From contig JACQCQ010000012.1 of NCBI GenBank assembly GCA_016201505.1, positions 10,187 to 74,186 on the forward strand: 64,000 bases of DNA. The letters are read 5' to 3'. The notes beneath the pieces are model-generated. The model did not search any database and was not told the DNA's origin. It worked only from the letters and a program-made list of their open reading frames with translations. Origin of the DNA: Candidatus Sungiibacteriota bacterium (GTDB taxonomy: Bacteria > Patescibacteriota > Minisyncoccia > Sungbacterales > JACQCQ01). A program made the translations under genes and the position numbers. Shown here in pieces: positions 35,485 through 45,338 of the stretch. Positions within the stretch are counted from its first letter, which is position 1. Each line of letters opens with the position of its first letter.

Positions 35485-38211
35485 TTATATCACAAAGTTA
35501 ATCAATCTGCCCGGGATGAAGACCACTTTTTTGGGCGGGGCAATAAAGAATTTGGCGAGCGCATTGTTTTTCGCGAGACTGGCGCTGATTCCGGCCTCGG
35601 AAATATTTCTGGGGAACTCAAGTATCGCGCGGGTTTTGCCGTTTATCTGAATGATAAATTCTGCCGTGTCGCTTGCTTTTTCAACCCTTGCCTCCGGCCA
35701 GCGGCTGTGATGAATCGTTCCCTTTTGTTTCCAGATACTCCAAAGCTCCTCGGTTATAAACGGTGCGAGCGGGCTAAGCAACTTGAGAAACTGCATTCGG
35801 TCTTCTTTGGAGACATTTTCTGGGGATTTCTCAAATCCGCTCATTGCAATCATGAGCGCCGAAATTGCCGTATTGTATTGCAGATTTTGAATGTCGCGAC
35901 TGACTTTTTGAATCGTCTGACTGACCAGTTTTTGGATCTTCTCGTCCGAAACACGCGCCAGTTTTATTTTTGGATCCTGGTAGAAATTCCAAACACGCAT
36001 CAGAAATCGAGTAATGCCGCGAATGCCCGAATCGCGAAAATCGCCGCCTTCGGTAAGGGGTGCCAAAAAAGCCAGATACAGGCGAATCGCGTCTACACCA
36101 TAGGCTTTCATATAACTATCCGGACTTACAATGTTACCCTTTGATTTTGACATCTTGGCGCCGTTTTTCGTGATCAGGCCGTGGGCGCGGAAGGTCGCAA
36201 AAGGTTCCTCAAAGTGGACCAGGCCCCAATCATGCAAAGCCATCGTCATAAATCGCGAATAGAGAAGATGAAGCACCGAGTGCTCGGCGCCGCCGATATA
36301 CATATCAACTGGCAGCCAGCGCCGTGTAATCTCCTGATCCCACGGAATTTCTAATTTCGAAATTTTGGCATGGACCGATGGATATCTCAAGAAATACCAA
36401 GCGGAATCAAAAAATGTATCCGAGACATCGGTTTCGCGCCGCGCCCGGCCTTGGCACTTGGGGCATTTAACTTGATGGAAAGATTTAACCGAGGCCAGCG
36501 GCGAAGCGCCCGTCCCCGTCGGCCGAAATTCCCTTATAAAAGGCAGCTTGACCGGCAGATCTTTATCCGGCACCGGTTGCCACCCACAGTCATTACAAAA
36601 AATCATGGGAATCGGCGGCCCCCAATAGCGCTGGCGCGAAATCAGCCAGTCGCGCAGCCGATACTGAACTTTTTTCTCTCCACCCACGGCCTTCGTGATC
36701 GCCCATTTGGCCTCTTCTGATTTCAGGCCGTTGAATTTCCCAGAGTTTATCAAAACGCCTTCCCCAATATAAGCTGCGTAAACATCACTAAAATCTAATT
36801 GTTCTTTTTTTATCTCAATTTTAATCCCAAACTCGTAGGCTTTTCTAAATTCGTCTTTGTTACCCCAATCAAATCGTTCGTTTTTCCCGTCAGCTGCATG
36901 TAACAAGATTTTCTTAACAGGACCTTCACTATGGATATACCACGGTCCGCTAGTAAAATTTTTTTCTGCAATATCAAAAACTTTTCCTACCTCTTCTGTA
37001 TAGATAAGATTAAGACCATTCCACGTTCCAGTACCTGGCGTAACTTTTGCAAATTTCTGAATCTGTTCGTAGAAATTCTTGTTGAGAGACCGACTAATTA
37101 CAACTATAAAACTCGAGTTTGGCTCTATGACCTGCAAAATTGGCAATTTAAATTTCTTGGCGAATTCAAAGTCGCGTTCATCGTGCGCCGGCACGGCCAT
37201 GATGGCGCCCGTTCCATACGTCGCAAGAACATAATCCGAAATCCAGATCGGAATTGCCTCTTGGTTTGCGGGGTTGACGGCACTCACCCCTTTTACCTCA
37301 ATGCCGGTTTTTTCTTTTCCTGCGGCTGTTCTTTCAATCTCCGATTTTTGTGCTGCAGCTTGAATGTACTTCTCTACTGCCTCCCTATTTGCCATTTGCA
37401 ATGTGCTATTTGCAAGCAACGGATGTTCCGGCGCCAGAACCATATAGGTCGCGCCAAACAAGGTGTCTGGCCGCGTCGTAAACACTTTTATGCTTGATTC
37501 ATGATTCTTGATTCTAAATTCCAGCTCGGCTCCTTCTGATTTTCCGATCCAATTACGCTGTGCAGTTTTGATAGGGTCTGACCAATCGAGTTTCTCAATA
37601 TTGGCAAGCAACCGCTCGGCATAGTCCGTGATTTTGAAAAACCACTGCTCGAGATCTTTTTTGACGACCGGCGTTCCGCAGCGCTCGCACTTGCCGGCAA
37701 TCACCTGTTCATCGGCGAGCACGGTCAGGCACGACGGGCACCAATTGACTTTGGCTTTTTTTCGATAGGCGAGGTTGTGCTTAAACATCTGGATAAACAG
37801 CCATTGGGTGTGTTGGTAGTATGCGGGGTCGTAGGTTTCGAGCCGCTCACGCCAGGCAAACGCGTTTCCAATTTCGGAGAGCTGGCGATAGAAATTTTTT
37901 TCGGTAACCTTGGCTAATTTCATCGGATGCTGATTAATTCTTAAGGCGTAGTTTTCCGAGTGAATGCCGAAGCCATCCAGTCCAATCGGCTCGAAGACGT
38001 CGTGGCCCTGCATACGCTTGAAACGGCCGTAAATATCAACACCAGTGAATGTCCTGACACTCCCGATATGCAGGCCCTCCGCCGAGGGATAGGGAAACAT
38101 CATCAGGTTGTAGTAGGGATTTTTGGCCCGCACCAAATCTGGCTCGTAGGTTTTCTCTTTAAACCACTTTTTACGCCATTTTTTCTCGATTTTGGCCGGG
38201 TTATAGCGCAT
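35485..38211 (-). CDS. leuS: leucyl-tRNA synthetase
   Basis: Class I aaRS with a HIGH-like region, a CP1 editing domain, KMSKS and the LeuRS C-terminus. Confidence 0.95.
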   Translation of the reverse strand: MRYNPAKIEKKWRKKWFKEKTYEPDLVRAKNPYYNLMMFPYPSAEGLHIGSVRTFTGVDIYGRFKRMQGHDVFEPIGLDGFGIHSENYALRINQHPMKLAKVTEKNFYRQLSEIGNAFAWRERLETYDPAYYQHTQWLFIQMFKHNLAYRKKAKVNWCPSCLTVLADEQVIAGKCERCGTPVVKKDLEQWFFKITDYAERLLANIEKLDWSDPIKTAQRNWIGKSEGAELEFRIKNHESSIKVFTTRPDTLFGATYMVLAPEHPLLANSTLQMANREAVEKYIQAAAQKSEIERTAAGKEKTGIEVKGVSAVNPANQEAIPIWISDYVLATYGTGAIMAVPAHDERDFEFAKKFKLPILQVIEPNSSFIVVISRSLNKNFYEQIQKFAKVTPGTGTWNGLNLIYTEEVGKVFDIAEKNFTSGPWYIHSEGPVKKILLHAADGKNERFDWGNKDEFRKAYEFGIKIEIKKEQLDFSDVYAAYIGEGVLINSGKFNGLKSEEAKWAITKAVGGEKKVQYRLRDWLISRQRYWGPPIPMIFCNDCGWQPVPDKDLPVKLPFIREFRPTGTGASPLASVKSFHQVKCPKCQGRARRETDVSDTFFDSAWYFLRYPSVHAKISKLEIPWDQEITRRWLPVDMYIGGAEHSVLHLLYSRFMTMALHDWGLVHFEEPFATFRAHGLITKNGAKMSKSKGNIVSPDSYMKAYGVDAIRLYLAFLAPLTEGGDFRDSGIRGITRFLMRVWNFYQDPKIKLARVSDEKIQKLVSQTIQKVSRDIQNLQYNTAISALMIAMSGFEKSPENVSKEDRMQFLKLLSPLAPFITEELWSIWKQKGTIHHSRWPEARVEKASDTAEFIIQINGKTRAILEFPRNISEAGISASLAKNNALAKFFIAPPKKVVFIPGRLINFVI

Positions 38212-38266
38212 GTATACTTAAGTACTATACAGACGGTTTTGACCCGCTACAAGCTTATAAATAAAT

Positions 38267-38298
38267 TTACGCCGCACAGCAGATGCTGTGCGGCGTAA
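38267..38298 (-). terminator. terminator for the GC-rich hypothetical gene
   Basis: ttacgccgcacagc agat gctgtgcggcgtaa, a 14-bp stem. On the minus strand it is followed by AAUUUAUUUAU. Confidence 0.65.
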
Positions 38299-38323
38299 GT
38301 GAAAAAGAACGAAGGTTGAAGGG

Positions 38324-39058
38324 TTACGAAACTGCTTGACGGGAACGGAGAAGCGAAAGCGAGTCCCCGGGAGGCGTCCAGTAGACCCGCATGCACCCCC
38401 CGCGCCAGTGCACCCGCGGGACGTCACCGCCCGGTCCCCGTGAACCGGAGCAGAGGGTTACGTTATCGATGTCGAGGTGTCCCCCCGTCTTCCAGTGGTA
38501 CCAGAGTTCGAGGATGAGCCGCTCGAGGAGTGTGACGCCGGAGATCTTCTCGCGAGTGAGATCGTTCGCCGACTTCGAATTCAACTCGTTGTCGGCCTCG
38601 ACGCGATCGCGGAGACGGACGGCGTAGGTTTTCGTCGGCTCGCGGTCGTTCCGGCCGCGGGTCGCTTCATCAAGGTCCTCGGCGTGGCACCAGCAGGAAA
38701 ATCTCTTCTCGCACTCGGCGTAGGCGCGATTGGGCGTCAGGCCTGCGGCGACGACGATGAGCCAGTTGAAGCCCTTCGGCTTTTGGGGCAGGACGAGACC
38801 GGCGAGATCGAGCTCAAGCGAGAAGACCTCGCGGTAGAAGCGAGTCCACTCGCTCGTCTCGTCCTCCGACTGCTTCGTGCCCTTCGGCTTTTTGGGCAGG
38901 ACGAGCGCAACGATCTCGCGGAAACGCTCCTCGTCGTGGGCGAGGATCGCCCAGAATTCCTCTCCGGCGCCGACTTTGCGGCCGGTGATGACGGCTTCGT
39001 GAATCAGCCCGTGGTCTTTTCCGAACTCGATCGCGGGACGCACCATGGATTCGTCCAT
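38324..39058 (-). CDS. hypothetical protein, compositionally foreign (about 63% GC), with an internal LVLP(K/Q)KPKG tandem repeat
   Basis: Excellent SD (aaggagggtgtgtc ATG), its own terminator, and GC far above its neighbours. Motifs AHDEER, CWCHAEDLDE and HWKTGGHLDIDN are present. I could not assign a family. Confidence 0.6.
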   Translation of the reverse strand: MDESMVRPAIEFGKDHGLIHEAVITGRKVGAGEEFWAILAHDEERFREIVALVLPKKPKGTKQSEDETSEWTRFYREVFSLELDLAGLVLPQKPKGFNWLIVVAAGLTPNRAYAECEKRFSCWCHAEDLDEATRGRNDREPTKTYAVRLRDRVEADNELNSKSANDLTREKISGVTLLERLILELWYHWKTGGHLDIDNVTLCSGSRGPGGDVPRVHWRGGCMRVYWTPPGDSLSLLRSRQAVS

Positions 39059-39141
39059 GACACACCCTCCTTCTTGTAAATTAGCTCTATTTCAGGCAAA
39101 CAAAGTGTAGCATCAATAGTCTTTACTGTCAAATCCAGTTG

Positions 39142-39969
39142 CTAAATTTGAAAGAGTCTTCGGCAGTTTTGAGTTGTTGCTTCGGCCACTGCCTCAAGCG
39201 AAACTCCTTGCCACTCGGCCAGTTTTTTGGCTGTGGCTTCGATATAGAAAGGTTCATTCCGTTTGCCGCGATACGGGACGGGTGCGACATACGGCGCGTC
39301 GGTTTCTAAAAGTATCTTTTGAAGCGGAACCTGCGAGACGATGTCATAATAGCTTTTGGCAAATGTAATTACGCCGCCAAAGCCGATATAAAAGCCCAAA
39401 TCCATGAGAGCGCTGGCCTCGGCGGCCGTGCCGCTGAAAAAATGGACCACGCCCATAGGTCTAGAATTAGGAATTAAGAAGTAGGAATTAAGGATTTCGA
39501 TGAGGTCGCCGAACGCTTCCCGACAATGGATGATCAATGGTTTCCCGACTGCTTTTGCAACTTCTATTTGAGACTTAAAAATTCTTTTTTGTTCTGCCTT
39601 AATTCGTAATTCATCACTCTGGATTCTATAATAATCGAGGCCGCACTCGCCTATACTGACGACCTTCGCATGCGAGCCTAATTCGAGAAACGTAGCCGCA
39701 TCAAATACTTCGGCGCTCGCCTGCTCTTTCTCCCATTCGTCGTGATAACTTTTAACCGCGTGCGTCGGATGAAATCCGACTGAAGCATACACACCTTCAG
39801 CATATTTTTCGGCAAGTAAAATTGCCTCCCTCGAAGTTGATGCTTGTGTTCCGATATTTATCATCCAAATGCCGGCCTCGAGAGATCGCTGAATAACAGC
39901 CTCACGATCATCTTTGAACACCGGAAACTGGACGTGCGTATGCGAATCAATCAGTTTGGGGTTCGACAT
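39142..39969 (-). CDS. tatD: TatD family metal-dependent DNase/hydrolase
   Basis: IDSHTHVQF start, with TatD His/Asp/Glu metal ligands throughout. Confidence 0.85.
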   Translation of the reverse strand: MSNPKLIDSHTHVQFPVFKDDREAVIQRSLEAGIWMINIGTQASTSREAILLAEKYAEGVYASVGFHPTHAVKSYHDEWEKEQASAEVFDAATFLELGSHAKVVSIGECGLDYYRIQSDELRIKAEQKRIFKSQIEVAKAVGKPLIIHCREAFGDLIEILNSYFLIPNSRPMGVVHFFSGTAAEASALMDLGFYIGFGGVITFAKSYYDIVSQVPLQKILLETDAPYVAPVPYRGKRNEPFYIEATAKKLAEWQGVSLEAVAEATTQNCRRLFQI

Positions 39970-40009
39970 AGGAGAAAAACTGTGTTAGACAACAAATACG
40001 GAGGAGCCC

Positions 40010-40204
40010 ATGCCCGACATAGCTGTTTTCTACCTGAAGGGTGAGAACGGTGAGTACAAGTTGACGCTCGCGCATCATGGATGCTACACCATTTTCCGGA
40101 TCAAGCACCCGCGCGAAGTAATGGGAACGCCAAAGATCTTTTTGAATTCAGGCAACATCCCCAACTGCCCCATTCACAATGGTGAGCGCACCATGGCGAT
40201 CTAA
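40010..40204 (+). CDS. hypothetical small protein (64 aa)
   Basis: SD (ggaggagcc) before the ATG. Its end overlaps the 3' end of the convergent metG gene. No family assigned. Confidence 0.3.
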   Translation: MPDIAVFYLKGENGEYKLTLAHHGCYTIFRIKHPREVMGTPKIFLNSGNIPNCPIHNGERTMAI

Positions 40205-41640
40205 CCGAGGCGCGGAAATAAATTCGCGCCTCGTTCTATTTTTAACTCGGCCGCACCCCAGGGGTTGGTGCCTTTGGTAAGCCCCAGTGAGCCAAACACC
40301 GTATCCGCCGTTTTCGGCATAAAGGGACCGGCGCAGCCGATGAGAGCGACCGTCATACCGAGACAATTTCTCAAGACTTTTTTCTTTTCACCACCTTCAA
40401 GTGTCCAGGGCTTTTTCTCGTTTAAATACTGATCAAGATGCTTTACCATCTCCTGAATAATTCCCGTGGCCCTGAAAAAGTCGAGCTCTGACATATACGC
40501 GCGATATTTCGTATGCAGTCCGCTAAATACTTTTTCAAATTCCGGATCGGCACCCAAAATGATCCCGTTGACCCCCACCGCCAAGGTGGTAATGCGAGAA
40601 ACCGCATTGCCGATGCCATTTGCCAGATCGGCATTATATTTTTCTGCCATGCGCGACCAGTCAAAATCGCCATCAACGCCAAAGGGAAATGAGGAAAGCA
40701 AGAGATAGCGGGAAGCCTCAACGCCGAATGTTTCGATAAGTTGATGCGGCGTAATGACATTGCCCAAGGTTTTTGACATTTTTTGGCCGCCGATCGTAAA
40801 AAAACCGTGGGCGAATATTTTTTTCGGCAAGTCTTCATCAACGGCAAGCAGCATAGCGGGCCAGACGATGGCATGAAACCAAAGTATGTCTTTCCCGATG
40901 AGATGCAAATCCGCCGGCCAGGCGCCGGTTGGTTGGCCGTAGGTGTAGTAGTTTATTAAAGCCTCAATCCAGACGTAACAGGTGTGCGACGGATCAAAGG
41001 GCAATGGGATGCCCCAGGAAACGCTCTTCCGAGAAATCGAAATGTCCTCGAGCCCTTGGCGCAATTTGCCCACGACTTCATTTTTCCGCTCGAGAGGCCG
41101 AATTTCAAGCTCATTCGATTCAATGACGTTAATTAATTTTTTTTCGAATTGAGAGAGCTTGAAAAAATAATTTTCCTCTTTATAGGGCAGCGCGGGTTTT
41201 GCGTGATCAGGACAGATCCCGTTGACCAGCTCTTCGGGCGACATAAATTTCTCATGCCCTAGGCAATAGAGCCCCTCATAGATGCCTTTCGTAATATAGC
41301 CGCGATCAAATAATTTCTGCAGAAAATCTTTCGCGGTACTTTCATGGTCTGGATCGGTCGTTCTGATAAATCGATCGTACGCAATTTCAAGCTTCTCCCA
41401 GGCATCTTTAAATCCGACTACAATCTCATCAACGTATTCTTTGGGATTTTTGTTGTGAATTGAGGCCGCCTCGGCGATTTTGGCGCCATGTTCGTCAGTA
41501 CCGACCAGCAGAAGGGCCGTCTCGCCAGACTGTCTTTTAAACCGAACCAAAACGTCCGCGGCCACGGTCGTATAAGCATGCCCGATGTGCGGCAGATCAT
41601 TTACGTAATAAATCGGCGTCGTTACAAAAAACGGCTTCAT
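40201..41640 (-). CDS. metG: methionyl-tRNA synthetase (short form)
   Basis: PIYYVNDLPHIGHAYTTV (HIGH) and KMSKTLGN (KMSKS). Confidence 0.95.
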   Translation of the reverse strand: MKPFFVTTPIYYVNDLPHIGHAYTTVAADVLVRFKRQSGETALLLVGTDEHGAKIAEAASIHNKNPKEYVDEIVVGFKDAWEKLEIAYDRFIRTTDPDHESTAKDFLQKLFDRGYITKGIYEGLYCLGHEKFMSPEELVNGICPDHAKPALPYKEENYFFKLSQFEKKLINVIESNELEIRPLERKNEVVGKLRQGLEDISISRKSVSWGIPLPFDPSHTCYVWIEALINYYTYGQPTGAWPADLHLIGKDILWFHAIVWPAMLLAVDEDLPKKIFAHGFFTIGGQKMSKTLGNVITPHQLIETFGVEASRYLLLSSFPFGVDGDFDWSRMAEKYNADLANGIGNAVSRITTLAVGVNGIILGADPEFEKVFSGLHTKYRAYMSELDFFRATGIIQEMVKHLDQYLNEKKPWTLEGGEKKKVLRNCLGMTVALIGCAGPFMPKTADTVFGSLGLTKGTNPWGAAELKIERGANLFPRLG

Positions 41641-41691
41641 ACGGTGTCCCTACTATAGAGAATGTTGGATAAAGAGCAACTGAAATTTAGT

Positions 41692-42726
41692 TTAGCCGCG
41701 ACGCCGCTTCTTGTGGTCCATGTCGTTTAAAAGCTCAACCACAACGGATGCCATGGGAACGGCCAGCAGCAAGCCCACGATGCCGGCAAGTTCGGCGCCA
41801 ACGAGCAGCGATATTACGACCACGATCGGCGGAATGCCGATGGCGGTTCTCATCACCAGCGGAACGATGACGTGCGATTCTAATTGCTGGACGATCACAA
41901 AGAGAATGACCACCATCAGCGCTAAAAACGGACTCTGCAAAAATGCGACCATAACGGCGGGAATGGCCGCCAACACCGGACCAACAATCGGGACTAACTC
42001 CAAAATCGCGGCGATAAAGGCAAAAACCAGAGCGTACTTTACGTGCAGCAGCGTGAGTCCGAGAAATATGAAAGCGCCGATCAACAGTCCCAGTAAAATT
42101 TGCGCCCGCAGCCACTGGCCCATCTTCCGTTGCGACCGGCTCCATAAATCAACGGCGTATTCTTCGTGCTCTAAAGGAATAATGATGCGAATAAAATCTT
42201 CAATCCCTCTTTCACGAGCCGTCAAATAAAATGAAACGACGATAATAATGACACCCGAGAATACGCCGCCGAAAAAATTAGAGGTAAAGGACAAAACCCC
42301 GCCGGTGAATCCTGAGATATAGCGGGCGGGCTGGGAGAGCGCATCGCGCAAATTGGCGGAGAGAAAATCGGCAAAAGGGACATTACCGATATTTTCAATC
42401 TCGCGCAGGACTTGGCGCTCAAATACCGGATAGGACAAGGTGAATCCCTGAAAATCCTGCGAGATTAAAGGTATGATCAGATAGACGGCCAGCGACAAAA
42501 CCCCGATAACCGAAAGAAAAATCAGAATCGTGCCTAAAATTCGCGGGACTTTTCTTTTTTGCAACCAGCGAATCGCCGGCTCCATGGACGAGGCTACAAC
42601 GACGGCAAATAAAATTACGGCGATCGTCTGGCGCAAAACATAGAAGAGCAGAAAGCCAAGCAAGACCGCAAATACCCGGAAAATGGTCCCGGTTGAGATA
42701 TCGATCATCTGTCGTGTTTGGTTCAT
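41692..42726 (-). CDS. AI-2E family transporter (PerM/YhhT-like permease)
   Basis: Eight-TM topology with the conserved AI-2E central loop. Confidence 0.75.
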   Translation of the reverse strand: MNQTRQMIDISTGTIFRVFAVLLGFLLFYVLRQTIAVILFAVVVASSMEPAIRWLQKRKVPRILGTILIFLSVIGVLSLAVYLIIPLISQDFQGFTLSYPVFERQVLREIENIGNVPFADFLSANLRDALSQPARYISGFTGGVLSFTSNFFGGVFSGVIIIVVSFYLTARERGIEDFIRIIIPLEHEEYAVDLWSRSQRKMGQWLRAQILLGLLIGAFIFLGLTLLHVKYALVFAFIAAILELVPIVGPVLAAIPAVMVAFLQSPFLALMVVILFVIVQQLESHVIVPLVMRTAIGIPPIVVVISLLVGAELAGIVGLLLAVPMASVVVELLNDMDHKKRRRG

Positions 42727-43991
42727 TCTAGTTTTAGGAGCCGTCTGAATTTCGCTTCATCCTTATGGGGCCCAATAAGCGCCAGATTCAGTCGTTCCGG
42801 CCGAAATAGACGGCGCGCCACGCGTTGGATGTCGCGAGCGCTGACTTTCTCAATCTTAGCAAAAACTTCATCAATCGTCAGGGGTTTATGCGTTAAAACT
42901 TCTTCCACGCCGATGAAACTCGCGACCGCATTCGAAGCCTCCAAACCAATCAAAGAAATTCCTCTGACATAATCCTTCGTGCGGGCGAGCTCCCGCGCAC
43001 TGACCAAAGACCGCGTGATCCGGCCGTATTCCTGCATGACAGCAGTGATGGCTTTCTCAACATTTCCGTGCGCCACGCCCGCATAGGTTGTCAAATGGCC
43101 GCGATTCGTATAGGCATCGTTGGAGGTGTGAACGGTATAAGCCAGTCCCAGTCGATCTCGCACCCTATCCCAGATCCTAGAGGACCAGCTACCCCCGAGT
43201 ATGGCCGCTAAAAGCTCGGCGGCATAGCGTTCCCGATCTGAAATCGTTAGTCCTTTAAAACCGACCAGGATATGCGATTGGTCAGTTTCTTTAGCATGAA
43301 GCTTTATACCGAGGGCTTTGGGGGATTCCTTAAATAGTCCTTTAGATCTCGGCCGTGAGGCGCGAACACGGCCGAACAACTTTTTAATTTTAGCGATGAC
43401 TTTAGCTTCCGTAAAATTACCTGCTACAATCACCGCCGTGTTTTCGGCAGTGTACTGATTTTTAAAATAGCCGCGAAACTGCTCCGGTGTGAACGTGCGG
43501 ATATTTTTTTCTGTGCCGATGATCTCCCAACCGGCGTTCTGATCGCCGTATAACAGCCTCTCATAGACATCCCAGACATACCGATCCGGCGTGTCGAGAT
43601 ATTTATGCATCTCTTCGATGATCACCTGACGTTCACGATTAATTTCTTTAGGATCTAACAGCGAGTTGGTGTACACATCGGCCAAAAGATCAAGCGCGGG
43701 ATCCAGATACACATGACCGGCTTTAATGAAATACCCAGTGTATTCGTGACTGGTAAACGCGTTTGAAATGCTCCCCATTGAATCTAATTCATGCTTGATG
43801 GTTTGCGGCGTGGGGCGCCGTTTCGTGCCTTTAAAAAACATGTGTTCCAAAAAGTGAGAAATGCCGCTTTCTTTCCCCGTCTCGTTGTCCGAACCCGTTT
43901 CGCACATAACCAAAACGGTCACCGTATTCGTGCCCTGCATGGGGGCGGTGAGAATCCTAAGCTTGTTGGGCAAAATGGTTTTCTTAAACAT
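42723..43991 (-). CDS. M16 family zinc peptidase (insulinase-like)
   Basis: Inverted zinc motif HFLEHMFFKGT (HxxEH). Confidence 0.85.
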   Translation of the reverse strand: MFKKTILPNKLRILTAPMQGTNTVTVLVMCETGSDNETGKESGISHFLEHMFFKGTKRRPTPQTIKHELDSMGSISNAFTSHEYTGYFIKAGHVYLDPALDLLADVYTNSLLDPKEINRERQVIIEEMHKYLDTPDRYVWDVYERLLYGDQNAGWEIIGTEKNIRTFTPEQFRGYFKNQYTAENTAVIVAGNFTEAKVIAKIKKLFGRVRASRPRSKGLFKESPKALGIKLHAKETDQSHILVGFKGLTISDRERYAAELLAAILGGSWSSRIWDRVRDRLGLAYTVHTSNDAYTNRGHLTTYAGVAHGNVEKAITAVMQEYGRITRSLVSARELARTKDYVRGISLIGLEASNAVASFIGVEEVLTHKPLTIDEVFAKIEKVSARDIQRVARRLFRPERLNLALIGPHKDEAKFRRLLKLE

Positions 43992-44030
43992 AAGAAGTGA
44001 GAAGTTGGGGGTTGGAAATGAGAACCATAG

Positions 44031-45338
44031 TTAAGCGATTTTGGTTCTCAAGTATTCGGCGAGTTCTGTTTCATTGACGCGTTCCTGCTGCATCGAGTCG
44101 CGGTCGCGGACGGTTACCGATCCGTCTTCTAGGGTCTCAAAATCGACCGTGATGGCGTAGGGCGTTCCGATTTCATCCTGCCGGCGGTAACGCTTGCCGA
44201 TATTGCCGATATCATCCCAAGCGACTGCGAGTGAAGACTTAAGGCCCTGATAAATTTCTCTCGCGCGTAAGACCAGCTCGGGCTTATTTGAAAGCAAGGG
44301 GAAGACTGCCGCCGTATAGGGAGCGAGGTTCGGCTTTAGCTTGAGCACGGTGCGCGTTCCCTCCTTATCCGGCTCTGTGGCATAGGCAGAAAGTAAAAGG
44401 GCTAAAATCGTGCGATCAACGCCGAAGGTCGGCTCAATCACATGCGGGACGATGCGTTCTTTTGTGGCCTCATCAAAATAATACAGATCCTTGCCGGAAA
44501 ACTTCGTATGGTTTTGCAGATCATAATCCCCTCGATAGGCGAGGCCGTAGAGCTCATCCTGCCCAAAGGGATATGAAAAATTAAAATCGATAGTCCGTTT
44601 TGAATAAAATGCGCGCTCTGGCGCTGGCACCTCGATCTCTTGCAGACGCAGTCCGAGGGCTTCCCCCCAGGCATTGATATTGGTCCGCCATGCTTCAAAA
44701 TATTTTTCCCAATCATGGGGCCTTACGAAATACTCAATTTCCATTTGACTAAACTCGCGCAGGCGAAATAGCATATTGCCGGGTGTAATTTCATTGCGAA
44801 AGGCTTTGCCGATTTGGGCGATCCCAAACGGCAGGGCGGGATGAAACGAGTCAATGACATTTTTAAAATTTAAAAAAATGCCCTGCGCCGTTTCGGGACG
44901 CAAATAGGTCTCCGCGGCCGAGTCTTCGACCGCGCCGACAAATGTTTTAAACATCATGTGAAAGGGACGGACCTCGCTAAAGTCGTGACTGCTGCAATCA
45001 GGACAGCCGAGCGAGACATCAATTTGATCCGCGCGAAAACGCGACTGGCATTTCTTGCAGTCAATCAGCGGATCAGCAAACGAAGCCACATGCCCCGAGG
45101 CTTTCCAGACGTCGGGGTGTGTAATGACGGACGAATCAAGCCCATACATATCTTCCCGATTTTCAACAAACATTCTCCACCACAGTTTTTCGACGTTTTG
45201 TTTTAAGCGCAGGCCGAGCGGACCGTAATCCCACATGCCGGAAATCCCGCCGTAAATTTCGGAGCCAGGATACATAAAACCTCTCTGCTTAGAAAGCGAG
45301 ATGATGGCCTGCATCAGATTTTCCGTCTTTGCTTTCAT
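44031..45338 (-). CDS. glyQS: glycyl-tRNA synthetase (alpha2 dimeric type)
   Basis: Class II motifs and an anticodon-binding C-terminus; 435 aa. Confidence 0.9.
   Translation of the reverse strand: MKAKTENLMQAIISLSKQRGFMYPGSEIYGGISGMWDYGPLGLRLKQNVEKLWWRMFVENREDMYGLDSSVITHPDVWKASGHVASFADPLIDCKKCQSRFRADQIDVSLGCPDCSSHDFSEVRPFHMMFKTFVGAVEDSAAETYLRPETAQGIFLNFKNVIDSFHPALPFGIAQIGKAFRNEITPGNMLFRLREFSQMEIEYFVRPHDWEKYFEAWRTNINAWGEALGLRLQEIEVPAPERAFYSKRTIDFNFSYPFGQDELYGLAYRGDYDLQNHTKFSGKDLYYFDEATKERIVPHVIEPTFGVDRTILALLLSAYATEPDKEGTRTVLKLKPNLAPYTAAVFPLLSNKPELVLRAREIYQGLKSSLAVAWDDIGNIGKRYRRQDEIGTPYAITVDFETLEDGSVTVRDRDSMQQERVNETELAEYLRTKIA

Noticed and set aside
38477-39079. Plus-strand 200-aa ORF overlapping the GC-rich gene.
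   Set aside because: Leu/Arg/Ala/Gly/Asp-rich antisense shadow typical of high-GC DNA. The minus-strand ORF has the SD and terminator.
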